Below, piece by piece: positions 42,086 to 54,152 of a DNA stretch of 64,000 bases. The notes beneath the pieces are model-generated. The model worked only from the letters and a program-made list of their open reading frames with translations, ran no database searches and was not told the origin of the DNA. The stretch's first letter is position 1. Every line of letters begins with the position of its first letter. Both the position numbers and the translations under genes were made by a program. The DNA comes from Eledone cirrhosa (taxonomy: Eukaryota): assembly GCA_964016885.1 (NCBI GenBank), contig OZ024742.1, positions 245,520,001 to 245,584,000 of the forward strand. The letters run 5' to 3'.

Positions 42086-43555
42086 GTAAGTTGAATATTT
42101 TGTTTAAATACCTATGTCTTTCTATTTGACCCCCCTCCCTCCTCAACTTTCTCACTTTCTTTCTCCCACTTTCTATCATTCTCTGGAAGAAATCTGCTGT
42201 GTTTTAAACTGGAGAGGTATGGGCTCTGCCAGGCTTTAAATGCCCAAGAAACACTGTTAACCACTGGCAATGCCCTTACGACTCCATCAGGAGTTACAAG
42301 ACTTTTCTTCTACCATATGTCTAATGAAAAACTGCCTATAATTTTCAAATAATTAACAACCTCCCTACTATATATTATATCAACTATAATAATACATCTT
42401 GTGTGTTTCATCACCATCATCATCGTTTAATGTCTATCTTTTGTATATATTTATTTATATATGTATAGTTACTGGTGCCACGAAAAAAATACCCAGCCCT
42501 CCTGTATGGTGGTAGTATCAGAGTCATTATAAAATGCTTCTAGTATATGCTGTACAGTGGTTGGTGTTAGGAAAGACATCCAGTCATAGAAACCTAGTCA
42601 AATGGGGCGAGTACAAGCCAGATATTGTCACCTGACTGGTCTGACTTCAGTATGTTACAACCCATCTAACCCATGCAAATATGGAAAATAAACATTAAAC
42701 AATGATGATGATAATGCCAGCTTGAAAAGCAGACATAAAAATAAAGAAGATAAACTCTTTAAAACAAGCAGTTTTATATCAGGAGTGGTTTCAGATAGTT
42801 TGGTATCAAAAGAATTAAACCCTATTCTCACAAACTCAAATTTTCACATTTTTATAATTTTAAAACTGCTACTTATAGTTCTGATACCATTTTTGGTGGA
42901 ACATTGTGTCTATAAGTTTAAATGATTAGACGTCTAATTACATTGTCTTGATTTCTAAACTATTTTCATTACCACATTTCCAATGAAAGACACATCTATA
43001 ATTTTTAAACAATTTTATTTTAATAATTAAAAATTTAGTAATCTATCTAATATACTCATGAATTATCTGGTATTTAGGGTGTTGGATTACGATAATAAGA
43101 TCAATTCCTGGTGTTCAATTCCTGATGAAAGAAAAATCAGTCGTATGGGTCCTTTAAATCATCATTATCATCATCGTTTAACGTTTATTTTCCCACAATT
43201 GCATCAGTTAGACAGATTATCACGTTATAAGACAAGTTAAGTCAAATGACCATGTCTTGCTCATACGGATCTGTACTTTAGCTTGGTTTCTAGAGCTTGA
43301 TGCCCTTCCTCTGCCAACCGTGTGAACTTGCCTCTTTTTATCATGGCTCCAAAATGGCCATCTAACAGGGTGGACTGGGTGGTTTTTCATCAAGTCACTA
43401 GTACAAGCATCTAACGGTGGATCTTGTGTTACCAACACAACCTTACTAGGTGCTTTTTTTTTTTTCAAAATTTTTTCCTTTGTCTTTATATAACAATTTT
43501 GCAATAAAAATAACATGAATCTATTTTATATTTTAAATTCCATTCTATTTTCCAG

Positions 43556-43676
43556 AAGATTTTATACATGGCAAAGCCCCTCCTTCTAAAAGATCTAAAG
43601 CTAATGCTGAAGAGAAGTCTAAGAAAGCTAATTCACAACCCAGTTCTAGTGGGGAAGGAAAATCAAAACCAAAGAG
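43556..43676 (+). CDS. RAD51AP1: RAD51AP1-like exon 3
   Basis: ttttccag|EDFIHGKAPPSKRSK...KSKPK|gtttgc. Phases are compatible on both sides. Confidence 0.8.
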
Positions 43677-43714
43677 GTTTGCATTTATTTATCATTGTTT
43701 TTATTATTAAAAAG

Positions 43715-44445
43715 TACGGTGAATTGGCAGTATCGGTAGAGGGTCGGATGCTATGCTTTGCAGCATAGAGTTACGGCCCTTTATGATCTGAGTTTGAATC
43801 CCGCCGAAGTTAACTTTGCCTTTCATCCTTACGAGGTCGATAAAATAAAGCACCAGTAACATACTGGGGTCAATTTAATCGACTTTCCCCTTCCCCAAAA
43901 TTACTGACCTTGTGCCTATACTAGAAATCATTATTATTAATAATAATTATGGTCCTTGCCATTCTGAGTTCAAATCTCGCCAAGGTTTACTTTGCCTTTC
44001 ATCCTTCCGGGGTCAATAAAATAAAGTACCAGTAATGCACTGGGTAATTGCTGGCCTTGTGCCAAAAGTAGAAACAATTATTATTAATACTAATTGTTTC
44101 TACTTTTGGCACAAGGCCAGCAATTATTCCAGTGCATTACTGGTACTTTATTTTATCAACCCCGTAAGGATGAAAGGCAAAGTTAATCTCGGCGGGATTT
44201 GAACTCAGACCATAAAGGGGTGTAACTCTATGCTGCAAAGCATGACGTCCGATACTGCCAATAATATTAATAATTTATTGCCCTTTACGTTCTGAGTTCA
44301 AATCCTGTGAAGGTTAGCTTTGCCTTTCATCCTTACAAGCTTTATAAAATAAAGCACCAGTCATGCAAAGGGGTTGATTTGATCGGCTTTCCTTTTCCTT
44401 TCAAATTGCTGGCCTTGTACCAAAATTTGAAACAATTATTATTAA
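43715..44445. mobile_element. Cluster of four tRNA-SINE copies (+,+,-,+)
   Basis: Repeated gcctttcatccttac/cggggtc..ataaaataaagtaccag core separated by short TAA-rich spacers. Confidence 0.85.
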
Positions 44446-44448
44446 TAA

Positions 44449-45001
44449 CTAGCAGAAAAACCCCCCTTCAGGTGGTTTTTCTGCTAACATGTGTAGTGTG
44501 TATATTGATATTATAAGCAAATATATATGCATGTAGATATGATACATCAAATGAAATCATAATTGACAATATGCACAGTGTTACACTGTCTTCTGTAATC
44601 AGTAAAGTTATCCATGATACATTAAAAACAGACGATATTATATATAATAAACTAGAATGTTATGAAAACAGAAAAGGACAAAATTAACAACGGAAATATA
44701 AACCTTATATAACGATGCAAATATATGAACATTTACATAAGCGATGTAATAAGTGTTATCATATAACAGACGCTAACTGAAAGTGTTGACATTTTAAAAT
44801 TTTAAAGAAGTGAATGTTAAAATAAGCAATACTTTATATATAAGGATATTTATGTTTAATCAAGAGCTACGAAATTTAGTAGATAAATTACATAATATTC
44901 ATTAATTATTTATTCAAAGTAATCCAACTTATTTTACTAACGGTATAAAAAAAATATAAAACAGACGCCGTCCCGCACTACTCCTTTTATTATATTATAG
45001 A
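44449..45001 (-). mobile_element. Non-autonomous Helitron (about 550 bp)
   Basis: Minus strand a|TCTATAATATAATAAAAG ... hairpin agcagaaaaaccacctgaaggggggtttttctgCTAG|t: canonical TC/CTAG ends in an A|T site. Confidence 0.75.
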
Positions 45002-45188
45002 TAATAATAATAATGTTGTTGCTACTGGAGGAGTGTGGTAGATAGGCAATATTCATAGAGCATCAGACAAAATACATTTGTAGTATTTGTCGCTAGCTCA
45101 TAAAATGGTTATAGGGATGATGATGATGATGAGTGAGACCTTTATTTTATCTTCAATTATATTTTTGTCTTTTGATCATAAATTTTAG

Positions 45189-45484
45189 GAAGAAATTGGA
45201 TGACAAACTGTTTGAACGAGAACTTAAGTTGGCAATGGAGATGTCTATGCAGGAAATTGGCAGCACCAGCTCCAAAGAAGAACTTCAGGATAATGATACT
45301 AGTGATTTTCAAGATACTCCACAGAAGAATTCTGCATCAGAACGAGTGGAATCTTTGAAATTATCTCGACATGACATCCATTCACCACCCAAGTCTCCAT
45401 GCTGCATGTCTCCCCCATTATTGCTCAAAGAAGATGACAAATGCATCCTCGCTAAGGATTCTGTTAAACAATCTACCATGCCTT
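45189..45484 (+). CDS. RAD51AP1: RAD51AP1-like exon 4
   Basis: ttttag|RKKLDDKLFERELKLAMEMS (compare LDDKLYQRDLEVALALS)...STMP|gtaagt. Confidence 0.88.
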
Positions 45485-45518
45485 GTAAGTATAAACAAAT
45501 TGAGAATTAATTCTGTAG

Positions 45519-46120
45519 AGAAATATTGTATTTAATCATGCTTTAACTCTTGATACAATAAAAAACCCTGGTTCAACGATACAAAATGGATGGTTTATAT
45601 TTATCCTAATTGTTTCTACTTTTGGCACAAGGCCAGCAATTACCCAGTGTATTACTGGTACTTTATTTTATCGACCCCGTAAGGATGAAAGGCAAAGTTA
45701 ACCTCAGTGGGATTTGAACTCAGAATGGAAAGGGCCGTAACTCTTTGCGTCAAAGCATGGTGTCCGACCCTCTACCGATACTGCCAATCCACCGCCCTAT
45801 CATAATATTATGTAAGAAGCTTTGCTAAGTGAAGTTCTAAATCAGAAACCATTATTAAGCTGGTTTGGAACTTAGCAAATTTATGATAAATAAGGGCAGT
45901 GGATTGGAAGTATCGGTAGAGGGTCGGATACCATGCTTTGCCTTTCATCCTTACGGGGTCGATAAAATAAAGTACCAGTAATACACTGGGATAATTGCTG
46001 GCCTTGTACCAAAAGTAGAAACAATTATGATAAATATAAACCATCCATTTTGTATCGTTGAACGAGGGTTGTTGTTTTTTTTGTATCAAGAGTTAAAGCA
46101 TGATTAAATACAATATTTCT
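45519..46120. repeat. Intronic inverted duplication (unique intron DNA + SINE)
   Basis: 45519-~45800 mirrors ~45890-46120, including about 90 bp of non-SINE sequence. Confidence 0.88.
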
Positions 46121-46275
46121 TGGCACTTCTTCACTGATCCTTTTTCACTATCATCTGTATGCCCCTCACCAACAATCATTTTCTCTTTCATCATCTTTCA
46201 TCATCTTTCATCATCTTGGTCTTCCCCTTTTGCTACATTTCTTCCCCCTTCCACATTTATTTCCAACATTCATCC

Positions 46276-46276
<1 letters not shown>

Positions 46277-46306
<30 letters not shown>

Positions 46307-49300
46307 ACGTTTAACGTCCGTGTTCCACGCTTGCATGGGTTTGGACGGGGGTAGTCCCACTTGAGGCAAGAGTGATTGTCTTGCTCGCATAGGACTGTCT
46401 GGCAGGTTTTCTACAGTTGGATGCCCTTCCTAACACCAACCACATTTACAGTGTGGGTCTGGGAGGTTTTTACCGTGTTGCCTACACGGCCACATTACAG
46501 CGTGGACTGTGTGTTTTTTTGTCGTGACACCTACACGATCTCATTTGTTTCGGCCTGGATGGTGTGGCACCAACATAACTTTACATAGAACGGGGTGGGG
46601 GTGGGGTGGGGGGGGGGGGGTATTTTGTTAGAGATGCCTACTGGCTGTAGTAGGTTTTACTATGTATTTAGGTAAGGCGGGTCTTCTCTGTTACTGAGTA
46701 CCGCCAAAGGTCTCGGTCCAGTGACATTGTCTTGGAGAGGTGTAAGTGTGTGAGGTCGGAGTTTATCAGCTCGTCCCAGGTTTTCCTAGGTCTGCCTATT
46801 CCGTGGCTACCGTCTATCTTTATTGCCCTGCACTTTGTTATACAGCTATCGACTTTCATGCGCATCACGTGTCCATACCAACGTAGCCTTCTCTCGAGTA
46901 AACAACATCTGATCCCTCTTATTTCTAATTTTTTCCTTAGTTCGTTTATGCTTTGCCGTTCACGTATATTACTGTTACACATCCAGCGGAGCATGCAAGC
47001 TTCGTTCCTCTCTAGTCTGCGTATATCCTCTGCACACAATGCCCAGGTCTCACTGCCATGCAACATTGCTGTTCGTATGTAGGCATCGTACAACCTGCCT
47101 TTCATTTTTAGGGAGAACCCTTTAGCAGCTAATAGTGGTATAAGCTCTCTGAACTTTTTCCAACCAGTTCTGACTCTAGCTACTGTACTTTCAGAGCACC
47201 CTCCCCCACTGCTGATTTTATCACCCAGGTAACGGAAACTGTCCACTATTTCTATAGAACCGTCTGCGCAATTGAAAGAGCTAGTATTTTGTGGGCACTT
47301 GCTGCTACTTATTGCACCAGAGCACCGGCCACATGTAAAATCTATGTTCTTAGTTAGCTTACCTGTGATCCCACTACATCTTTTATGCACCCATACTTTG
47401 TATTTAGGACATAAAATGGAGTTTCTACCTACGCCTTTCCTACACACCGAGCACGACCATTTCCCAGAAGGGACCGCCGCCTTATTTTCTTTCCTACAAA
47501 CTAGAACTTTAGTCTTAGCCAGGTTAATTTTAAGGCCTTTTGATTCTAGGCCGTGCTTCCATGTTTGGAATTTCTTCTCTAGCTCGGCCATTGATTCCGC
47601 TATGAGTGTCAGGTCGTCTGCGTATAGGAGTTCCCATGGGCAGCCGGTCTTGAACTCCTCTGTTATAGCCTGAAGGGCAATAATAAATAGTAGGGGGCTG
47701 AGAACAGAGCCCTGATGGACGCCAACTTTTACGCTAAACTCTTCACTATATTCGTTGTTAATTCTAACCTTGCTGACTGTTTCTTTATACATGGCTTGTA
47801 TAGCTCTCACAAGCCATTCGTCAACACCTAGTTTTCTAAGAGCCCACCAGATAATGGAGCGGGGGACTCTGTCGAAGGCTTTCTCCAAGTCGACAAAAGC
47901 TAAGTAGAGGGGTTTACCTTTAGCTAGGTACTTCTCCTGTAGTTGTCGTACAATGAAAAGAGCGTCTGTGGTACTTTTGCCTGACACAAACCCGAACTGC
48001 ATTTCATCTAGGTCAATTCTCTCTCTGATTAGTTGTGCTATTACTTTTTCCGTGACCTTCATGACCTGGTCGATTAATTTAATGCCTCTATAGTTACTCC
48101 TATCTAGGGCGTCTCCTTTACCCTTATAACAGTTAACGATGATGCTGCTATGCCAGTCCTTCGGAACAACCCCATTCTGTACGACTTGGTTAACTATGCG
48201 GGTGACCATGGTGTGTCCCACCGTGCCAGATGCCTTCAGCATCTCAGCAACTATTTCCGAAGGCCCAGCCGCCTTACCCGTCTTCATATCCTTGATTGCC
48301 TTACTTATTATACTCCCCTCGACTAACACTGCTGGTCCCTCTATTGGGTCGATATGGGGGAGACTGTCTTTCTCCCATTTATTCTCCTCATTTAGTAGCC
48401 TTTCATAGTGACACTTCCAAGCTACCTTCTTATCAGCGTCGGTGATGGCAAGTATGCCATCATCGTTAAGTACACACTTCTCCCCGACAATATCACGGTT
48501 TTCCTTGACACATTGCCTAGCAATCCTGAACACCTCACGTTTTTGGTCATCGCGTTGTAGAACATGCTTGAACTTTCTTTCCTCAGCTTCCCTTCTTGCT
48601 AAGTACACTTGTCTCCTAGCTTCCCTCCTGGCCACTTGATAGTCTTCTCTACTTCCCCCATCCCGCCATACTTTCCAAGCCTGCTTTTTGGCCTTAATTG
48701 ACCCCTCCACCTTACTGTTCCACCACCATGTTACTCTCCTCCTGCCTACAGGCCTGCTCCAGCCACAGACTTCGTCTGTCGCCAACAGCAGGTTTGCTTT
48801 CAGAAATTCCCACTCTCCCTCTATATTGTCCGACTCTAAATGTTCTTCCTTACTGTCGAAAGCATCAAGTAATATGCTTTGAAATTTATTCCTGGCTGTG
48901 GGGTCCTTTAGCTTCCATATTTTTCTCCTGAGGATAGTCCTCTTCTGCTGTCGAGTACGTCTCGTCCTGACTATGAGGTCGCTAATTATCAGTCTATGTT
49001 GGGAGGTGCATTCTTCATGGGGGAGGGATTTAGTGTTTACAACAGACACTCTGTCACGTCTTCTGGTAAGGATATAATCTACCTGGCTTGTGTGTTCCCC
49101 GGATCTATAGGTGATCAGGTGATTGTCACGTTTTTTGAAGTTAGTGTTACAGATAGTTAGGTTATTTGCATCACAGAATTCCAGGATTCTGGAGCCTTCC
49201 TCATTTCTAGTACCAAACCCATAGCCTCCATGGATTTCATCGTAGCCATCACAATATTGTCCAACGTGACCATTTAGGTCGCCTGCAATAATTATATAGT

Positions 49301-49657
49301 CACTGTCGGATATTTGGGAGGTAGTTAGCATCAGTGTCTCATAGAATCTGTCTTTTATAGTGCCGGGCAGTCCGGATTGGGGTGCGTACGCAGATATTAC
49401 TGTCACCGTAGTTCTATTGAGGACAAGTCGTATTTTAATTATTCTGTCGTTCACTCTATTTACGTCTATTATCTTATCTGCCCACTTTTCTGCTACCATG
49501 ATTCCTACTCCACCCAGCCCATCGTCGTTTCCCACCCAGAAAAGCTTATAGCATCGTTTTTTACCCTCAATGAATCTAGCAGACCCACCCCTCCACCTGG
49601 TCTCTTGAATACAACAAACATCGACCTCCTTACGTTCAAGCATTTCTACAACCTCGT
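46277..49657 (-). mobile_element. Young RTE-clade LINE, slightly 5'-truncated, (GAT)n tail
   Basis: Single uninterrupted APE-RT ORF, about 360-bp 3' UTR, (ATC)n on the plus strand. Near-identical 3' copies at 52399 and 61141. Confidence 0.95.
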
Positions 49658-49661
49658 ACAT
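46668..49661 (-). CDS. RTE APE endonuclease-reverse transcriptase ORF (997 aa)
   Basis: IQETRW, SAYAPQ, GDLN, SQHR, NYRGIKL, FVDLEKAFD, GVHQGSVLSP, YADD, YLG, RLRWYGHV, GRPRKTW. Lacks the first APE strand (ATLNV..) present in the 55629 sister. Confidence 0.92.
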   Translation of the reverse strand: MYEVVEMLERKEVDVCCIQETRWRGGSARFIEGKKRCYKLFWVGNDDGLGGVGIMVAEKWADKIIDVNRVNDRIIKIRLVLNRTTVTVISAYAPQSGLPGTIKDRFYETLMLTTSQISDSDYIIIAGDLNGHVGQYCDGYDEIHGGYGFGTRNEEGSRILEFCDANNLTICNTNFKKRDNHLITYRSGEHTSQVDYILTRRRDRVSVVNTKSLPHEECTSQHRLIISDLIVRTRRTRQQKRTILRRKIWKLKDPTARNKFQSILLDAFDSKEEHLESDNIEGEWEFLKANLLLATDEVCGWSRPVGRRRVTWWWNSKVEGSIKAKKQAWKVWRDGGSREDYQVARREARRQVYLARREAEERKFKHVLQRDDQKREVFRIARQCVKENRDIVGEKCVLNDDGILAITDADKKVAWKCHYERLLNEENKWEKDSLPHIDPIEGPAVLVEGSIISKAIKDMKTGKAAGPSEIVAEMLKASGTVGHTMVTRIVNQVVQNGVVPKDWHSSIIVNCYKGKGDALDRSNYRGIKLIDQVMKVTEKVIAQLIRERIDLDEMQFGFVSGKSTTDALFIVRQLQEKYLAKGKPLYLAFVDLEKAFDRVPRSIIWWALRKLGVDEWLVRAIQAMYKETVSKVRINNEYSEEFSVKVGVHQGSVLSPLLFIIALQAITEEFKTGCPWELLYADDLTLIAESMAELEKKFQTWKHGLESKGLKINLAKTKVLVCRKENKAAVPSGKWSCSVCRKGVGRNSILCPKYKVWVHKRCSGITGKLTKNIDFTCGRCSGAISSSKCPQNTSSFNCADGSIEIVDSFRYLGDKISSGGGCSESTVARVRTGWKKFRELIPLLAAKGFSLKMKGRLYDAYIRTAMLHGSETWALCAEDIRRLERNEACMLRWMCNSNIRERQSINELRKKLEIRGIRCCLLERRLRWYGHVMRMKVDSCITKCRAIKIDGSHGIGRPRKTWDELINSDLTHLHLSKTMSLDRDLWRYSVTEKTRLT

Positions 49662-50191
49662 AACCCAGCTGTCTCATTTTATTTCTCTTCATAACATTCG
49701 TCACTGGTTCTATTTCCATCATCCTATAATCATAGTAATCTTTGTTGTATTAATGACCATGAAATCAATAGGTCAACGTCGTAAACCTCCTGCTCCTTGT
49801 ATATCATCCCATATACAATACATGTTTCAACTGTTTCATTTCCTTTATACAAAAGTGAAGGTATGCAGCCTAGTAGTTTGGGTCTTTGCCTTATGATCAC
49901 ACTGCCATGGGTTCAATTCCTAGATAAGGTGGCATATTATGTCCCTCAGCAAAACACTTCACATTCTGTTATTCCCGCCAGTCTACTCAGTTTAAAATGA
50001 GTACCAGCAGCTGCAACAGGGATTTATCCTTGCAAAGGATTGGCATTCTCTTCAGGGCTGAATTTTGTACTCTCAGTCACTTAGTGCTAACGAAACTGGT
50101 ATAATCTCTGGCCTGATGAGCCCCAAGGATTGGAACTAACTTTAACTATATTTTTTTTAAATATTTCTACTTTCTTTGTCTGGTTTTGCAG

Positions 50192-50392
50192 CCCTTCCCC
50201 GTGCTCCAGCTATGAAAGGTCCATCTGATGAAATAGAATATCTAGGTACAGTTACTGATGATGAAGATTTAAAAAAAAAGGTTCAGCATCGGAGAACTTC
50301 TGGTCGAACTGCACGGAAAAAAATTCAGTTGGAACCGGATTCAAGTGAAGATGAAGCAAGTTCTGAATTTGAAGAAGCTGATGAAGAAAATG
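50192..50392 (+). CDS. RAD51AP1: RAD51AP1-like exon 5
   Basis: ttttgcag|..LPRAP..RTARKKIQLEPDSSEDEASSEFEE..|gtaaat; phase 1 on both sides. Confidence 0.82.
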
Positions 50393-51294
50393 GTAAATTT
50401 AACCCTTTTGATACCTAAAACCTTCTATCATATTTTACTGAAGTCAACTATACTTTTCATCCTTTCTAATAAAGTACTAGTGTGTTTTGAGTTCAAATCC
50501 CACCACCTGTCATAAAGCTGTGACACTTCTACGAGGAGTTGTAACCAGCAAATAGTATCAGTAATGTAAAGACGAATGGAAACACATACTGTATATACTC
50601 GAAGATAAGCCAATCCAAATATAAGCTGACCCCTATTTTATGTCTGAGAAATAGGCAAAAATTCAAATTCCATTTATAAGTCAGGGCAGGTAATCAACAC
50701 ATTATGTTTAGATGGTGCAGTTTCAAAATCCTCATGAGTAGAGAATATATTTATTGAATTTTAATATTTTGATATTTTGAATGTTTTTAAGTGTCATTTA
50801 AAATATAGTTTTTGTTTCACAACTCTATTATGTAATGATGTTTTACCAATTTCCAACCATTTGGCGTTAGGAAGGGCATCCAGCCGTAGAAAATCAGTCA
50901 AAAGCACCCTTATATGAGCGAGACACGGTCACCCAACCCAACTTGCCTCTAAATGGGACCCGTCTAACCTATGCTAGCGTGGAAGATGGATGTTAATCAA
51001 TGATGATGATGATGATTTAAAGGCTATAATCATTCAAAACAAATAAAAAATAATAGGAAATACAAAATTTCACAATGAAAGTGAAACCAGTGTAGTAATA
51101 TTTACCTCCAAAAATGAAAATATTTTAGCACCTTCATTTACATAAAATTTTGAAGTTGGTGAAAATTGTTGTTTCAAAAGGCTTTACTTTTACTCTACTC
51201 ATTTACCTGGTGGTGGCCATGCTGGAGCACTGCCATTACTTGCATGTTCCAATTTATTGCAAAATTTCTTTTCTCTGTATTTTTAATTTATTAG

Positions 51295-51423
51295 ATAGCG
51301 ATGAAGAATTTGAAGAAGACTGTGACTATGGCAAGAAATATGGAAAGAAAAATAAGAAAGGAGCAGCAAAAAATGTTAAGACAAAAAAAGATAACAACAG
51401 TGTAAATAAGAAGTCATCAACAG
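51295..51423 (+). CDS. RAD51AP1: RAD51AP1-like exon 6
   Basis: ttattag|DSDEEFEEDCDYGKKYGKKNKK..SST|gtattg; phase 1 on both sides. Confidence 0.82.
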
Positions 51424-51432
51424 GTATTGTTA

Positions 51433-51885
51433 TCATCACTATTATAGCAACACTAACACCACCACCACCATCACTATTATAGCAACACTAACACCACCAC
51501 CACCATTACTATTATATACCACCACCACCATCACTATTATAGCAACACTAACACCACCACCACCATTACTATTATATACCACCACCACCATCATCACTAT
51601 TATATAGCAACACCACCACCACCACCATCACTATTATATAGCAACACCACCACCACCACCACCATTGTCACTATTATATATCACTACCACCACCACCACC
51701 ATCATCACTATTATATATCAACACCACCACCATCATCATCACTATTATATATCACCACCACCACCACCACCACCATTATATATCAACACCACCACCACTA
51801 TATAACAACTCCGCCACCACTACTATATATCAACACCACCACCACTATATAACAACACCATCAACACCACTACCACCACCACCGT
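51433..51885. repeat. (CAC)/(ACTATTATA) compound minisatellite filling intron 6
   Basis: Repeating cactattatagcaacactaacaccaccaccaccat-like units of about 30 bp. Confidence 0.85.
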
Positions 51886-51925
51886 CAAGATTAGTTAAAT
51901 GATATAAATTATATTACTATTTCAG

Positions 51926-52267
51926 TGAAACGCAAACAGACTGTCATTAAATCTCCATCATCGTCAACATCATTATTATCATCATCATCATCACCGTTGT
52001 CAACACCATCATCGTCCTCCAGAAAAGGGATACCAGAGAGTAGTAAAAGCTCATCTTCACAACCTTCCAGTTCACTAATGCCTCCTCAGACTACAAGCAC
52101 AGACACAACCAAAGTAGCTTCAGCAACTGTATCTGGAAGATCTCAAACATCAGAGCCTTCACATACTTCAGTCAAAAAGCCATTAGTGCCACAACCTCAA
52201 ATATCTAATTTGAGTTCACCTTTATCATCAAAGTTACCCATCAAACAACAGATTTGGAACCCTCCTG
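51926..52267 (+). CDS. RAD51AP1: RAD51AP1-like exon 7 (Ser-rich, ends IWNPP)
   Basis: atttcag|VKRKQ..QQIWNPP|gtaagt. WNPP corresponds to RAD51AP1 KWVPP. Confidence 0.85.
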
Positions 52268-52398
52268 GTAAGTTTCTAGTTTTATTATGTATTAGGTGAT
52301 CCTGTGGTAATTCCACAGTTTAATTAGAAACAACCACCAAGTATTAAAGATCAATATTATATTTTATTTATAAGTTCTATCTCTCTCTATATATATAT

Positions 52399-53182
52399 CA
52401 TCATCATCATCAACGTTTAACGTCCGTGTTCCACGCTTGCATGGGTTTGGACGGGGGTTTTCCCACTTGAGGCAAGAGTGATTGTCTTGCTCGCATAGGA
52501 CTGTCTGGCAGGTTTTCTACAGTTGGATGCCCTTCCTAACACCAACCACATTTACAGTGTGGGTCTGGGAGGTTTTTACCGTGTTGCCTACACGGCCACA
52601 TTACAGCGTGGACTGTGTGTTTTTTTGTCGTGACACCTACACGATCTCATTTGTTTTGGCCTGGATGGTGTGGCACCAACATAACTTTACATAGAAGGGG
52701 GCGGTGGGGGTGGTGGGACGGGGTGTAGTAGGTTTTACTTTGTATTTAGGTAAGGCGGGTCTTCTCTATTACTGAGTACTGCCAAAGGTCTCGGTCCAGT
52801 GACATTGTCTTGGTGAGGTGTAAGTGTGTGAAGTCGGAGTTTATCAGCTCGTCCCAGGTTTTTCTGGGTCTGCCTATTCCGTGGCTACCGTCTATCTTTA
52901 TTGCCCTGCACTTTGTTATACAGCTATCGTCCTTCATGCGCATCACGTGACCATACCAACGTAGCCTTCTCTTGAGTAAACAACATCTGATCCCTCTTAT
53001 TTCTAATTTTTTCCTTAGTTCGTTTATGCTTTGTCGTTCACGTATATTACTATTACACATCCAGCGGAGCATGCAAGCTTCGTTTCTCTCTTTTCTGCGT
53101 ATATCCTCTGCACACAATGCCCAGGTCTCACTGCCATGCAACATTGCTGTTCGTATGCAGGCATCGTACAACCTGCCTTTCA
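52399..53182 (-). mobile_element. 5'-truncated copy of the young RTE family
   Basis: Near-identical to 46290-47105. Inserted in (TA)n. Confidence 0.92.
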
Positions 53183-53382
53183 TATATATATTTAGGTTTG
53201 TTGGTTCACCACTGGATAGAATTGGTCATTCCGTATGGTCAATCTCGATGTAATATTATGGAGAGTACTCAACATAATGCAGTTCACCCGTCTTCATTTG
53301 TGTAGTTGGTGGTGCGAGTATGGAGTTAATTATTATAAAATAACAGCAGGCTGGACTGGTGTAAATCCTTGAAAGGTTTATT

Positions 53383-53440
53383 ATACTATGATCACTTCAA
53401 TGACCGGGTTCCATATGAATCCGGTGATATCATCAGGTAT
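53383..53440 (-). ncRNA. Hammerhead motif of the 14977 family with GAAA>GAAG change
   Basis: atac-CTGATGA-tatcaccgg..ccggtcatt-GAAG-tgatca-TA-gtat. About 53200-53450 is an inverted homologue of about 14965-15225. Confidence 0.6.
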
Positions 53441-53532
53441 TCGAAATATAACAAAGGAACATAGCAGATAAAAAATTATATATATATATATATATATAAA
53501 AAATTATATATATATATATATATTTATATACA

Positions 53533-53820
53533 TTTCACATTACTCCAGTTTACTCAGTTGTAGAAATGAGATGATAGTGACTGTGGTCCCTATCATTCCA
53601 CTGCAAAGTGGTCGTGGAGGTGCCACGGCAAAAAAGCACCCAGCACTCACTGTAAATGAGGTTGGTGTTAGGAAGGGCATCCAGCTGTAGAGATCAAGCC
53701 AGAATCAGTTCCCGTATGAGCAAGACAAGGTCAGCCGACCGGACACTGCCCACAACAGGACAACCCGTCTAACCCATGCTAGCGTGGAAGAACGGACGTA
53801 AAAGGGTGATGATGATGATA
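53533..53820 (+). mobile_element. 5'-truncated CORE-like/RTE-tail SINE
   Basis: Body matches 54153-54493 in the opposite orientation. (GAT)n tail. Confidence 0.8.
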
Positions 53821-54152
53821 TATATATACACAGTTGTACCCCCGGTATTCATGGGGGTTAGGTTCCTAGAGCACCTGCAAAGATTAAAAAAACGTGAATA
53901 TTGGACGTGGTCCATAAATATGCCTATAAACGTCAAAATATAGCGTAAAATATAGGTCGGCAAATGCAGTATATTGTTATTAATAATTTAGCGTTAAAAA
54001 GCGTGAAAAAATACATTGCTACAAAACAGGCCATACAAAAATCGCAGATATTTACGATTCCATGAATATGCGGTTGTTTCCACAAACAATTATTAGTTAG
54101 GTTCTAAGGAAAATTCTGCGAATAACCAGGACCGTGATGCTGGTGCTACATT

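Noticed and set aside
50088-50135. GAAAC ... CTGATGAG resembling a hammerhead
   Set aside because: No closing stems. It is the tail of an old tRNA-derived SINE (about 49855-50145).
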